This document shows positions 38,353-51,299 of a stretch of DNA of 64,000 nt, piece by piece. Positions within the stretch are counted from its first letter, which is position 1, and each line of letters starts with the position of its first letter. The translations under genes and the position numbers were made by a program. The notes under the pieces were generated by a model. It made no database searches, was not told the DNA's origin, and saw only the letters and a list, made by a program, of their open reading frames with translations. Source of the DNA: Octopus sinensis (lineage: Eukaryota); the NCBI RefSeq assembly GCF_006345805.1, contig NC_043017.1, positions 19,158,001 to 19,222,000 of the forward strand. The letters are read 5' to 3'.

Positions 38353-40421
38353 TATATAGACATACATACACATATAAACATACACACATGCATGTACAAA
38401 CACACACACACATGTATAGTATTTATGATTAAGTTTCAAAAGTGAAGAGGTGGTTATTGAGTGATGTCTGGGTCCTACATAGAATTATTGTTTGGGGTTT
38501 CTTTGTGGGTTTTGTGGATTATTTATGCAGGATACATTATATGTCTTTTGCTTTTGGTTTATTGAAAGAAAACTGGTCCCATTTTTAATTAGGTTGTTTC
38601 CATTGAGGAAGACATGCAACTTATGGAAAGGGAAGGAAGAAAAAAAAAATGTCTGCTATAAAGAATGTGTAAATTTGCAGACCTGCCCAACCTGTTCCAG
38701 TTTGGGGCTTCATAAAGAAGGAAAATCAAATTAAAAGATGAGAAAGAAAAGAATAGGTGTGAAACAATGTGGGAAGTATTTTATTTATGCAGTAATTTCA
38801 TATTTAAATACTTATGGTATTTTTTTAAAATTCTGTTTGAAGCGGTAACTTATATGGTGAGAGAGAGAGAGGTGAGGTTATGGATGTACCAGTAATTTAA
38901 TATAGAAAATCATCCCCAATAAGCATCATATTAAATTCATATGCCCACCCCAACCCGTGGTTTGTATTTAAAGAAAAAAAAAATGAATATTCTGGATTAA
39001 AAGGAAAAAGAAGTGGAATGGGAAAAAAAATCCCTTTTCTTATCCGATTCTATTATTTATTTCTGCTGGCTGTTTTATGTTCTGACTACAAATTCTGCCG
39101 TGGTTGACTTGCTTTGTCATTCTTTTGGAATTGGTAACCATAAAGTATCATTTCAGCATTGAGTTTGCTCTAACCAACTTCCCTCTCCCTCTAAAATTGC
39201 TGGCCTGGTGCAAAACAAGCTGACTGAATTGTTAGCATGTCAGACAAAATGCTTTGTTGTATTTCTTCTGACTATACATTCTCGAGTTCAGATTCCATTG
39301 AGTTTGATGTTTTCCAACCTTTTTTGGGGGTTGTTAAAATAATTATCACTTAAATAATGGGGTCAGTGAAATCACCTCCCTCCTTTCCTCAAAAAATTGT
39401 TCCTCACAATAACTTTGATAAAAAAAAAAAAAGTATTGTTTACGATAAAATCTTGAATATGTGCTTATAATGTCTAATGAAACCACAGGCCCCCTGACTC
39501 AGATTCTTATAGTCTTTTCTTTGTCAAAGTGGAGCTGTTAAATATTTTATATTTATAGTAGAAATAATCTGCCGGCTGGTTTAGGACGACGAGTCCCTAC
39601 TACCACCACCACCATCACCACGTCATTGGGTGTCTGTAGCAGTTTTTTCTCATCTCTTTTCCCAAGCATTCACACTAGTTAGGTCTCCAGTGTGGGGAAT
39701 AACTGTATATTTGGTTGTGATACTTTCTTCCTGCTGCAGTAGTTCTTCGGTAGCGGCTCCTCCTCCTCCTCTCCCACTAATCTCCATGCGACAATCGGCT
39801 GGAAACGTTTTGGTTCAGCTGTTTCGACGATGGACTGTTTGGTGTTGAAAGCCGACAGATAGATGCACGAGAAATATTAAAATGTATTAAAATAGAAAAT
39901 TAAACAGAGTTCAAAGTTATCTCCCTTCGCTACACTTGTATAAGTGACAAAACTGACACAGCTTTAGACTAAATGTCTCGCACTATTTGCTCAGGTTATT
40001 TACGTCACGAGTTCGAATCCCACCGATGTCAGCTTTACCTTTTATCTTTTCAGACTTGATAAAATAAACTACTAGTCTACCAACTAAGTACTAGGATCGG
40101 TTTAATCGATCAGACCCCCTCTCTTCAAAATTACTGCACCTTAATACCTAAATTAGAAACCTTTATTTACAATAAAAGAAAATAATTAGTAATACAAGTT
40201 ATCTTATAAAAATATAATTTGTATTTATTTTTTGAATCTCTGTAGTTATTCATATCCAATTAGTAAAAAAAAATCCCCGGTTAATTTTTATGTAGAATAA
40301 AAATGAAAATTTTCTCTGCACCAAATTGTTCCACCACAAATTCACTGGTACCAAAAACATCCCTGATCTGTCTTGCAGGTCCTGGAAAAGAGTGTTGTTC
40401 TTCCTATGATTAAACCATATC

Positions 40422-40455
<34 letters not shown>

Positions 40456-40717
40456 TAAAACAAATTTTGTAATTTTTAATTATGGCAAAAAAACAGTTAA
40501 TTTGTTAAGGAATTTGAATTTAATGAGAGAGAGAGAGAGAGAGCTTGTATAAAAAGTTATTTGGAAATTCAGGTATGATATTCAAAATGCAAAGGAGACT
40601 TGACTAAGTCACAACATTTAAAATAGACGTGTGTGGGTGTGGGTGTGTATAGGTATTCGTATGTATGTATATTATGTATTTGTATGTAATATATATGTAT
40701 ACATGTGTATATATGTG

Positions 40718-40758
<41 letters not shown>

Positions 40759-42424
40759 AGATAGGGGTTGAAAATTCAACCCACCATGGGATAACATATA
40801 TCCAATATACTGCCAGAGAGGTACCCAACAAGACTAATACATAAATGTTAAAAATTGCGGTGCAATTAATTCATCTGTATTATGTGGGCAAAGGTAAAAA
40901 TATTACCGTAAATTAATAATACAAAATAAGTATGTTTCTCCATTTTCTCATTTTGTATATATATATATATATATATTTATATATACACGAACATGTATAA
41001 ATGTATTTGTGTATATATATATATATACACACACACACACATAGATCCATATATATTCTCAAGTATAACTGCATGTATTGTGGGTAGTTAATGAAAGACA
41101 GGGTAAGGGAGCTATTTGCTAACATAAAATTGTTTTTTTTTTATATTCTTTTTTCCCCCTTTTTCTTTTTCTTTCTCTTGAATGTTATTTAAAAATTACA
41201 AAAATTTATTGAATTTTTTTGTTCTTGAATACCCTGAGTTCTTATTTATATTAAAAAAAGAACAAAACAAATCAAAAACAAAGAAAAATGCATAGACGTT
41301 TTCATTGGCTGCAATGGTAGAGCAGTTGAAAAAAAATGTCTCTTGACAATTGGTCATTTTGAGTTCAAAACTTGCCAAGGTTAACATTACCTTCCATTCT
41401 TCCTGGAAGATTATCAGATAAATTAAGCACCAGTGATATACTAAGAGTGGTTGATATAATTAACCAGCCATGTTACTAACTCTCCTTCCTCCGGCCTTGC
41501 TAAAATTTATGGCTTTGTGTGTCTAATTTAGAAATGAATTAATTAAATGTTTTTTTAAATCTTCAATGGATTTTGCACTGTTTCTGTGAGATATTCTAAA
41601 AAAAGTGAAAAAAAAAAGACTCTTTTTTATAAAAAAAATAAACCTATGTCTTTGTTCTTATTTATCCTTGTAATTTATTAATTTGGCAAAAAAGTTAATG
41701 ATCTTTGATTGTTAATAGGTCCAAAAACAATGTGAAAAACCCTGTAAAATGACAAATTGTCAAACCTTAATTATTTACATGAGAATAAATTGTTTGTGTC
41801 AATGTTTGTTAATTGTTATTTTTGCTTGAAATGTATCTTCATTTTACCCCCCCCCCTCCTCCTCTTCCTCCTTTTACATCTGTGAAGGTGCCTGGTTCAG
41901 TGGTTAGAGTGTTCAGCTCATGATCCTAAAGTCGTGAGTTCGATTCCTGGTGATGTGTTGTGTCCTTGAGCAAGACAATTTATTTCACATTGCTCCACTT
42001 CAATCAGCTGGCAAAAATGAGTTGTACCTGTAATTCAAAGGGGTCAGCCATGTCACACTGACTCTCTCTAAGGACTACATTCAGGATACACATGTCTGTG
42101 GAGTGGTCAGCCACATGCATGCTATTCCGTTGATTGGACCAACTGGAACTCTCATTGTCATAACTGATGGACTGCCAAGTTTTTTTTCCATCTTTACTCT
42201 TTTACATGTTTCTATCATTTAACTGTGGCCACACTGGAGCACCACATTGAAATATTTAGTTGATCAAATCAACCCTCTGCATTTATTATTATTTTTTTCC
42301 TTTTAAGTCTAGTATTTATTCTACTGGGCTCTTCTGCTGAACCTCTAAATTACAGGGTTGTAAATAAACCAATACTGGTTGTCAAATGTGGGATCAAACA
42401 CAAAGACATGCACACGTACATATA

Positions 42425-42466
<42 letters not shown>

Positions 42467-42470
42467 GCAG

Positions 42471-42695
42471 GTATGTGTGTCATCATCATTTAATGTTTGT
42501 TTTCCATGCTGGCATTGGTTAAACGATTTGACAAGAGCTGGCAAGGCCAGGAACCATACCAAGCTCCAGTCATCTGTTTTGGCATGGTTTTTACAGCCGG
42601 ATGCCCTTCCTAATGCCAACACAGACTGTACTGGGGGAATTTTGCATAGCACCAGCACCAGTGCTTTCTATATGGTATGCGTGAATGTGTATGTA

Positions 42696-42740
<45 letters not shown>

Positions 42741-43624
42741 GCAGGAGTGGCTGTGTGGTAAGTAGCTTGTTTACCAACCGCATGGTTCCGGGTTCAGTCC
42801 CACTGCGTGGCACCTTGGGCTAGTGTCTTCTACTATAGTCTCGGGCCGACCAAAGCCTTGTGAGTGGATTTGGTAGACGGAAACTGAAAGAAGCCCGTCG
42901 TATATATGTATATATATATATATGTGTGTGTGTGTTTGTCCCCCTAGCATTGCTTGACAACCAATGCTGGTGTGTTTATGTCCCCGTTACTTAGCGGTTC
43001 GGCAAAAGAGACTGATAGAATAAGTACTGGGCTTACAAAAGAATAAGTCCCGGGGTCGAGTTGCTCGATTAAAGGCGGTGCTCCAGCATGGCCGCAGTCA
43101 AATGACTGAAACAAGTAAAAGAGTATATATATATAGATATATATAATAACATAATATATAAACATATGTATATATACATACATATATGTACATACCTACA
43201 TGTATATGTATATATACATGCATATAGGGGTACAGGACACCAAAAAAACGTTGAACACAATGAGAAATGAAAACATAACAACAAAAACATGGAAACGAAC
43301 TTTTTTTCAAACAACGAAAAAACAGAGAACTGCGGTTGGTAAACAAGCCACTTACCACACAGCCACTCCTGCGTGTGTGTATATATATATATACACACAC
43401 ACACATACATACACATTCACGCATACCATATAGAAAGTGCTGGTGCTATGCAAAATTCCCCCAGTACAGTCTGTGTTGGCATTAGGAAGGGCATCCGGCT
43501 GTAAAAACCATGCCAAAACAGATGACTGGAGCTTGGTATGGTTCCTGGCCTTGCCAGCTCTTGTCAAATCGTTTAACCAATGCCAGCATGGAAAACAAAC
43601 ATTAAATGATGATGACACACATAC
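42471..43624. repeat. ~300-bp inverted duplication (arms 42471-42782 and 43331-43624)
   Basis: The arms are reverse complements apart from microsatellite length, one 6-bp indel and one substitution. Confidence 0.92.
42741..43124 (+). mobile_element. SINE family A
   Basis: Full-length match. Its first ~40 bp are included in the inverted duplication. Confidence 0.85.
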
Positions 43625-43936
43625 AACACAAGGAATATTCCCCTTCTTCAGTTGTCCTTATTTCATCTCCTCCGAAGGTAAGATCAAGACGTGACTTCGT
43701 AGAAACAGTCCTTCCCGCAAAGCAAATATGCGTTTGTGGGTGAGTGTTTTACAGTTTCTATCAAATTCATCATAAGGTTTTGGTTGGCCTACGGCTATGG
43801 TAAAAGGCATATGTCCAAGATGCCACACAATGGTACTGAACCTGAAGCGACGTGACTGCAAAGTTAATAGAACCACACAGCCTTTGCACCTCTACCTACA
43901 GCATTTGAACAGGTTTGCCTTCATATAATTTATTAA

Positions 43937-44157
43937 CCCTTTCATTACTGTATTTATTTTGAGATGCTCTGTGTTTCTTTCAATTACTTTCAAATATAAC
44001 AAAGAATTTAGAAAAATAACTTAGCTATCATTAAGCTTGTGTTAGGAACGTAAATTGTGACTAAGGCTTGGTGGAAGATTTCAATTCAGAACTTTTGAAA
44101 ACAAGACATTTGTACTCAGAGCCAGAGCCGGTTTCAGCCGGGTTGGTAATGAAAGGG
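43937..44157. mobile_element. piggyBac-type MITE (same family as 28044-28263)
   Basis: TTAA-CCCTTTCATTAC...GTAATGAAAGGG-TTAA. Confidence 0.85.
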
Positions 44158-46317
44158 TTAAGTGTATGTACCTAAATATTTATTAATTAACACTGTAATT
44201 GGATTGCTACAAAGAATGCATTAATGAGGTATCCTACAGATCATTGTTTCTTAACCTTTTTTTTTTGTAGCACCCCTTTTTAAGGTACTAACGCTGAGTG
44301 CCCACCCAAGTGGTGAGTGGGGTATCAGGTCTAAATTCATGGATGATGATTTATAAATTTTACACAAATAAATGGATTGTATAAGCTTTTCACAGTGAAA
44401 TGATAAAAAATTAATGAAGACAAACGTTGTAAATTTACTTTGTACATTGCAAGTTAATGACTTGTTTGTGCCTGATGAGATCTAACTAAATTTTCTATAT
44501 CAGGTTCGATGTTAGTCAAAAGAAGTCGTCTTCTCTTTGACTTATCGCAAATTTATTTCGTTGTTTAGTAATACTACACTGAATCCTTTTCTCAACTAAA
44601 TAAGAAAAGAGAAAAGTAATGAGCAGTAATTTAATTTCTTACTGAAGTTGAGAATACTTGTGTATATCTTTAGACAATGTATAAAGTAAAAATTTTCTTT
44701 TAATGCCAATTAATTAACACAAATAAGCACAAATACTCCTGATTCTAATTAATGACACATTTCCTTTTCTTTCTTTTTTTTTTCTGGAGGAAAGTCTGAT
44801 CTGAATTATCTGCTCCTGAATCAACATGACTGTGAATCGGATTTAGATGATTTTTTGAAACGGTTTGTATGATAAAGCCAGAGATGATATCAGGTAGGTT
44901 GTTGTCACGAGAGTTAAACAAATAAATGTAAATTGGAAACAAAGCTCTGATAAGCTGCTATTTTCTCACTATATTTTTGGTGAAATACATTGCTTTTGTC
45001 ATCGTTTATCATTTAATGTCTGCTTTCCATGCTAGCATGGGTTGGACAGTTTGACTGCGGTCTGGGAAGCCAGAAGGCTGCACCTGGCCCAGTCTGATCT
45101 GGCAGTGTTTCTACAGCTGGATGCCCTTCCTAACGTCAACCACTCCGTGAGTGTAGTGGGTGCTTTTTACGTGCTACCGGCACGGAAGCCAGTCAGGGCG
45201 GCGTTGGCTACAGCCGTCAATTAATATTTTGAAAATAATGAAGAACTTAGTAAAATATCTTTTGTCATAATCAATCTGGTGTTTGGGACATGAATTAACA
45301 TGAAATTTTGATGGAAAGTTTTACTTTAAAGTAGGAAGTTCGTATCACAGCCAGGGGTGAGCTTAGGTTGTCATTAAAAGATAAACAGATAAATGTAACC
45401 GAGGATAAAACTTATCATTGCTGTTTATCTCCAGGTCAGCTGGAACCATTTTGTTACTATATCTCTGTTGAAATACATTATCTTTGTTTCATTTAATAAT
45501 TGAAAATGATAAAGAATTTAGTTACTGTATTTATTTTGAGATGCTCTGTGTTTCTTTCAATTATTTTAAATATAACAAAGAATTTAGTAAATAACTTAGT
45601 TATCATTAAGCTAGTATTAGGAATATAAATTGCGACTAAGGTTTGGTGGTATATTTTGATGCAAAACTTATGAAAACAAGACATTTGTACTACAGAGCCA
45701 GAGCCGGTTTTGGCCGGGTTGGTAACGGCCGTCAATTAATATTTTGAAAATAATGAAGAACTTAGTAAAATATCTTTTGTCATTATCAATCTGGTGTTTG
45801 GAACATAAATTAAAATGAAATTTTGAAGGAAGATTTTGATTTTGATAATTTTAGACAAGGGGGTTAATATCAAAGAATCTGGAGCAGTCTCAGCTGGGTT
45901 TGTATCAAAACTGGTTATATTAAACATATTTTGGCAAGTTTGAGATAGGGATACTAACTAAAACAAGCTCCAGAGGCCACAGGCACAGCAACCGAAGAGT
46001 AATTCAGAAACTTTTACCTGACAATTACTTCAAGTCAAACTTCACAATAAGTTTCAGTTAAAAATACAGGTACAACATCAATTATCTGAAACCTTTGGTT
46101 GCAAAAACTTTCCAGATGACTGATTTTCCTGAACCAGGAATGGACACCTTGGTCAACACATTCTAAATGAAACAAATATTAAATTTACTTATTTAAATGA
46201 AGTACAGGGGCCTGTACATTAGTATAAATGATACAAGTTTATTAATACTGTACTGTGCAAGGTACCATTAGACTAATCTGGCAGCCACAAGAATTTGAAG
46301 TTCCTGCTCATGAACTA

Positions 46318-46710
46318 TACAGTAGGAGCACTCCATCGGTTGCGACGATGAGGGTCCCAGCTGATACGATCAACGGAACAGCCTGCTCATGAAATTAACG
46401 TGTAAGTGGCTGAGCACTCCACAGACACGTGTACCCTTAACGTAGTTCTCAGGAAGATTCAGCGTGACACACAGAATGTGACAAGGCTGGCCCTTTGAAA
46501 TACAGGTACAAGAGAAACAGGAAGAAAGGGCGAGAGAAAGTTGTGGTGAAAGAGTACAGCAGGGTTCACCACCACCCCCTGCCGGAGCCTCGTGGAGCTT
46601 TAGGTGTTTTCGCTCAATAAACACTCACAATGCCTGGTCTGGGAATCGAAACCGCGATCCTCCGACCGCGAGTCCGCTGCCCTAACCACTGGGCCATTGT
46701 GCCTCCACAC
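46318..46710 (-). mobile_element. SINE family C, full length
   Basis: 12-bp TSD GCTCATGAACTA at 46306-46317 and 46711-46722. Confidence 0.9.
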
Positions 46711-46866
46711 GCTCATGAACTAGTGCAGATTATAAGAGGTTCAGGATATCAGTGTTTGGAAAGTGAGTGTTTACCTGTATCTGAAACTCAAACACAAAAC
46801 AGTAATAAATGATTAGAAGAAGAAAAAAATGGTTGTTATGGGTAACAAATAACATTTCAAAAAATC

Positions 46867-46872
46867 TTTATT
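46867..46872 (-). terminator. Candidate UFSP1 polyadenylation signal AATAAA
   Basis: AATAAA on - four nt after the stop codon, followed by U/GU-rich sequence. The genome is AT-rich, so a chance match is possible. Confidence 0.35.
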
Positions 46873-46876
46873 GTTA

Positions 46877-47020
46877 TTACAGCAGTTCATTTGATTTTAA
46901 TTGTGGTAGACACAAATTATAAAAAGATTTTCCTTTGAAAGATTCTAAAGATTTCCATTTTATCCACTCATCCTTTATTAGTTTTTCTTCTGTCACAGAT
47001 TTACCATAAAAATGAGGATC
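46877..47020 (-). CDS. UFSP1: UFSP1 coding exon 5 (catalytic Asp-Pro-His)
   Basis: TTCCAG acceptor. DPHFYGKSVTEEKLIKDEWIKWKSLESFKGKSFYNLCLPQLKSNELL*, with the DPH and FYNLC motifs of peptidase C78. Confidence 0.92.
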   Translation of the reverse strand, partial: DPHFYGKSVTEEKLIKDEWIKWKSLESFKGKSFYNLCLPQLKSNELL

Positions 47021-47158
47021 CTGGAAATGTCAAAATAATAATATGTTTAGAAAAACTAAAGATGGAAAGTGAAAAGGTTTACATAAAAAACTTCAATGTC
47101 AAGTATTCATGTGTTTCATGAAAAGAAAGCCCACATCTTAAGGAATGTTGTACATTCA

Positions 47159-47567
47159 GGCGCAGGAGTAGATGTGTGGTAAGTAGCTTGCTAACCAACC
47201 ACATGGTTCCGGGTTCAGTCCCACTGCATGGCATCTTGGGCAAGTGTCTTCTGCTATAGCCCCGAGCCGACCAATGCCTTGTGAGTGGATTTGGTAGACG
47301 GAAACTGAAAGAAGCCTGTCGTATATATATGTATATATATATATATGTGTGTGTGTGTTTGTGTGTCTGTGTTTGTCCCCCTAGCATTGCTTGATAACCG
47401 ATGCTGGTGTGTTTATGTCCCCGTCACTTAGCGGTTCGGTAAAAGAGACTGATAGAATAAGTACTGGGCTTACAAAGAATAAGTCCTGGGGTCGATTTGC
47501 TCGACTAAAGGCGATGCTCCAGCATGGCCGCAGTCAAATGACTGAAACAAGTAAAAGAGCAAAGAGT
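47159..47567 (+). mobile_element. SINE family A
   Basis: Near-consensus copy in the last UFSP1 intron. Confidence 0.88.
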
Positions 47568-48842
47568 ATTCAACACTGGCTGATCTACGACTCTTGTGGA
47601 TTCCTATCTGTTGCAAATTCAGTAGCTTCACTGACTCTCAACATTATCTTTGGTCCAGAGGGCAGCAAGCTAGCAGAAGTGTTAGCATGTGGGGCAAAAT
47701 GCATAGTGGCATTTCGTCCATCTTTACATTCTGAGTTCAAATTCAATTGAGGTCAGTTTTGCCTTTCACCCTTTTGGGGTTGATAAAATAAATACCACTT
47801 GAGGACTGGGGTTGATGTAATTGGCTTACCCCAACTCCTACGATCTTGCTGGCCTTGTGCCGAAATGTGAAACCAATATTATCCCTGGGCCAGATCCTTC
47901 TTAATCCTTTAGCATTCAGATTTCTCTGTCAAATGTAATGCATATTTATTTACATTGTTTTGAATTACACATGCACTATTCTGCAGCTTTGATATTTCAA
48001 TGATGTGAATGCTTCTTTTTAGAATGACATTGCAGGGTAGGTGTGAGAGGTATGATCTGGCCAGTTCGAACATAAAACAAGTAGAATATTTTGGCCAAAT
48101 ATGGCTGGATTCAACACCAAAGGCTTAACTTAGGAAATATATGTCCTTTACAAACCTCCACCAACACAAAGGTAAACATTTGGAGACAGACATGTGGGTG
48201 TTAATTCTTTTGATAACAATCTGGCTCTTTGATACAAACTTCCTGTTTTAAAGAGATCTAAATTATAACTTTCCATCAGAATTTCATGTTAAATTATTTA
48301 TAATATGGGTGTGTGGTAAGTAGCTTGTTTACCAACCACATGGTTCTGAGTTCAGTCCCACTGCATGGTACCTTGAGCAAGTGTCTTCTACTATAGACAT
48401 GTGGAAATTGAACAAGTGAGTGTGTTAATTAATAAGGCATTAAAGCAGAATGACTCTCTGAAGACACAACAAAATTTACCAAGATTAAGTTAAGAGTATT
48501 CAAGATTGAAGTACAACATCGTGTTAACAATGAGCAGAAACATGACTGATGATATACCCAGAAGGGCTAATACTATTTAATTATATAAGTACTTGTCTTT
48601 CTTTAGTAATTTCCATAAAAATTTAAAGATACGGTTGCTGCAATGGGATAGCATGAAGACAAGGATGATAAGCCATTGCAAGAAATTAGCTTGTTTAATA
48701 AAAGTTAGTCTGCAGTGATTTTTATATTTTATGCAACACATTGGTGGGGGATAATGACGTTTGTAAAGGGCCATTCACTGGAAGTGGGGACTGAGCTTTA
48801 AAAAAAAAAGGGTGAGATACACTACTTTAGCTGGTTACTTAC

Positions 48843-48913
48843 CAATACTAATAAGGCTTGAGATGCTCTACTGACTCCAAATATACCTTTGGAGGAGTTA
48901 TCATCATCACCAC
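48843..48913 (-). CDS. UFSP1: UFSP1 coding exon 4
   Basis: ATTCAG acceptor and GTAAGT donor. (G)GDDDNSSKGIFGVSRASQALLVL, phase 1 in and phase 0 out. Confidence 0.9.
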
Positions 48914-49110
48914 CTGAATAAATAATAGAAAGAGAACAGAGACTGATTTTGTTTTTTTCTGAGAGGGTTTTCTGTGGTTTTTTTTTTAACATGATCATTT
49001 TTAGGGTGTCTTTTTAGAGAGGAAGTTGTCTGCAGACCAGACAGTGGAGTCTGATAAAGGTAACCAAGCATCATATCCTCAAAGTTTTAGTAATTAGGAG
49101 TGGAATGGAA

Positions 49111-49318
49111 GAATTTCAACCGTGTTTCGTGGTCTGCTACCACAACAGCTCCTTTATAGGATCCAGTTAGCTCAAGACATCATCAGGAGGAACCACGTCC
49201 GGTTTCGGCCCCTACTCCTCTACCATTTTGATGTGGCGGGGCCCCCTCTTTTGGAGGTGTCTACAGCTTCTGGTGTTGGGTGCGTGTCTTCTTTCTTCTG
49301 TTCCCAGGCCTCTTCGAT
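49111..49318 (-). ncRNA. Tandem degenerate hammerhead-like motifs
   Basis: TCGAAGA-GGCC...GGCC-GAAAC-CG-GAC, then 10 nt, then CTGATGA-TGTCT...AGAC-CAC-GAAAC-ACG-GTT. Confidence 0.35.
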
Positions 49319-49589
49319 GTATTGTCAGCGAGTGTCAGCCGGTGACTGACTGTCTTGTCAAATTTTTCCCTTTAAATACTGTGTACTTAAGAAATTTACT
49401 TTGCAATGACATAATTTTGTGTTCGGTCCCACAACATGTCTTTTATTGTAGCCCTGACCTGACCAAAGCTTTCTAAGTGGATTTGGTACACAGGAAGTGA
49501 AAGAAGGCTGTTGTATATGTACATGTGTGTATACATACATAATTATAATTTTAATATATGTATGTATGCATAAATATATCTTTGTATGT

Positions 49590-50075
49590 ACACTGAACTG
49601 CAAAAGAAAATCAAGACGTGTGTGACTGTCAAATATGTTTTAATTGCATTGTGTCAGAAATAAATTTTGATAAATCTGATAAAGTCAATTTCTTGGATGC
49701 ACTTTGACCACAATCTCTAGGTTGTTGTCATGTTCTGGTAATGGGCAGATCCAGCACATTAAGATTGTAGGGCATGACATGTTCAATACTGTGTATGGCT
49801 GGTTACTTACTAATACTAATAAGGCTTTATTAGTACTTACCAATACTAATAATACTGTGTATGGCCTCTTTGGGTGTTCAAAACAGCCATACACTGTCAG
49901 TATATGGAGTGCATGAGGTGGTTCACAAAAGCCATTGGCACCTGTGCCCACATCCTGAGGAAAACTGCCTCCAGTTCCACATGAGTTGTTGGCCTTGGGA
50001 TCACCTGGTTCGGCAGGTCTCTGGATTTCATCCCACAGGTGTTCAATTGTGTTTTGATCAACAGAGTGGGTGATT
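49590..50075 (-). mobile_element. Tc1-like relic (transposase C-terminus plus TIR-like end)
   Basis: Minus translation TIEHLWDEIQR...LEAVFLRMWAQVPMAFVNHLMHS. TACACTGAACTGCAAAAG end at ~49588. Confidence 0.65.
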
Positions 50076-50310
50076 ATTACCTTGTTTAGAAACAGGTGAG
50101 GGTTGGTGACAGGAAGGATGTCTGGCTGTAGGAAACTTCACCCCACTGAACTTCATCTGACCCATGCAAGCATGGAAAGGTAGATGTTAAAATGGTGATG
50201 ATGATGTTACTAAATTCTTTACTGTTTTCGAAATTATTTGAAGCAAAAGCATGATGCATAAACCGAAATATTGTAGCAAATGTAGATTACATAAAACTAT
50301 AGTGACTCAC

Positions 50311-50413
50311 CCATCATTATTGGTGAGCCAAAGTTTTGAAAATGCCAATCCAGTTCCTCAAGATGATTTGACAAAGAATAGCCATCTGTAACATGTAGGA
50401 TTTTCCCAGGAAC
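50311..50413 (-). CDS. UFSP1: UFSP1 coding exon 3
   Basis: TTTTCAG acceptor and GTGAGT donor. VPGKILHVTDGYSLSNHLEELDWHFQNFGSPIMM(G). Confidence 0.9.
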
Positions 50414-51299
50414 CTGAAAAGTAAAACAATTCTATTTGTAGAATGGCTTCTCAACCACATGGTTCTGGGTTCAGTCCCACTGTGTGGCACCTTGGGCAAG
50501 TGTTTTCTACTATAGCCTTGGGCCGACCAAAGCCTGTAAGTGGATTTGGTAGATGGAAACTGAAAGAAGCCTGTGTATATATATGTATGTGTGTATGTTT
50601 GTGTTTGTTCCCCTACCATCACTTGACAACCAATGTTGGTGTGTTCACATCCCCATAACTTAGAAGTTTAGCAAAAGAGACCAATAGGTTAAGTACTAGG
50701 CTTACAAAGAATAAGTTCTGGGGTCAATTTGTTTGACTAAAGGCGGTGCTCCATCATGGCCACAGTCAAATGACTGAAACAAATATAAGAATAAAAGAAT
50801 ATTTCCAGCCTTCTGAAATATCAACATTCATAGAGACATACAAGCATATATATATATATGTATATATATATGTAGGTAAGTCTATAAATACACACACACA
50901 TATACACCCGAAACCATGCTAATAGCTAAGGAGTGAAATTTAGGATTTCTCAGTTTTCTGTGTATTGATTGCAATAAAACTTTTCCCAGCTGGTTTTCAC
51001 ACTATGGCAACACCATTGTTATGTTTTCACCATTCTGTGTAATGTCCTTTCCTTTTTTATTTCAGATTCTTCAGTTTTTGGGTGAACACACTAATAGCTT
51101 TTGAATGAAAATGGCCCATCTGGACATTTTTTTTTCAGAAAATGAAGGGTAATGATACATATTAAGCGTACATTGAGTATATATTTAACAGAAAACCATA
51201 ATAATATTATAACATTGATTGACATAATGAATTATTTAGCCACATGAATGCCATTTTGACAGATAACCTATTCGTCATTGTATCTGTCAATTTCTTAAT

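Noticed and set aside
44790-44893. Exon-like segment on + (polypyrimidine-AG ... CAG|GTAGGT), plus a donor at ~43678
   Set aside because: All three frames contain stops and there is no homology. Splice-like motifs are common in this composition, so RNA evidence would be needed.
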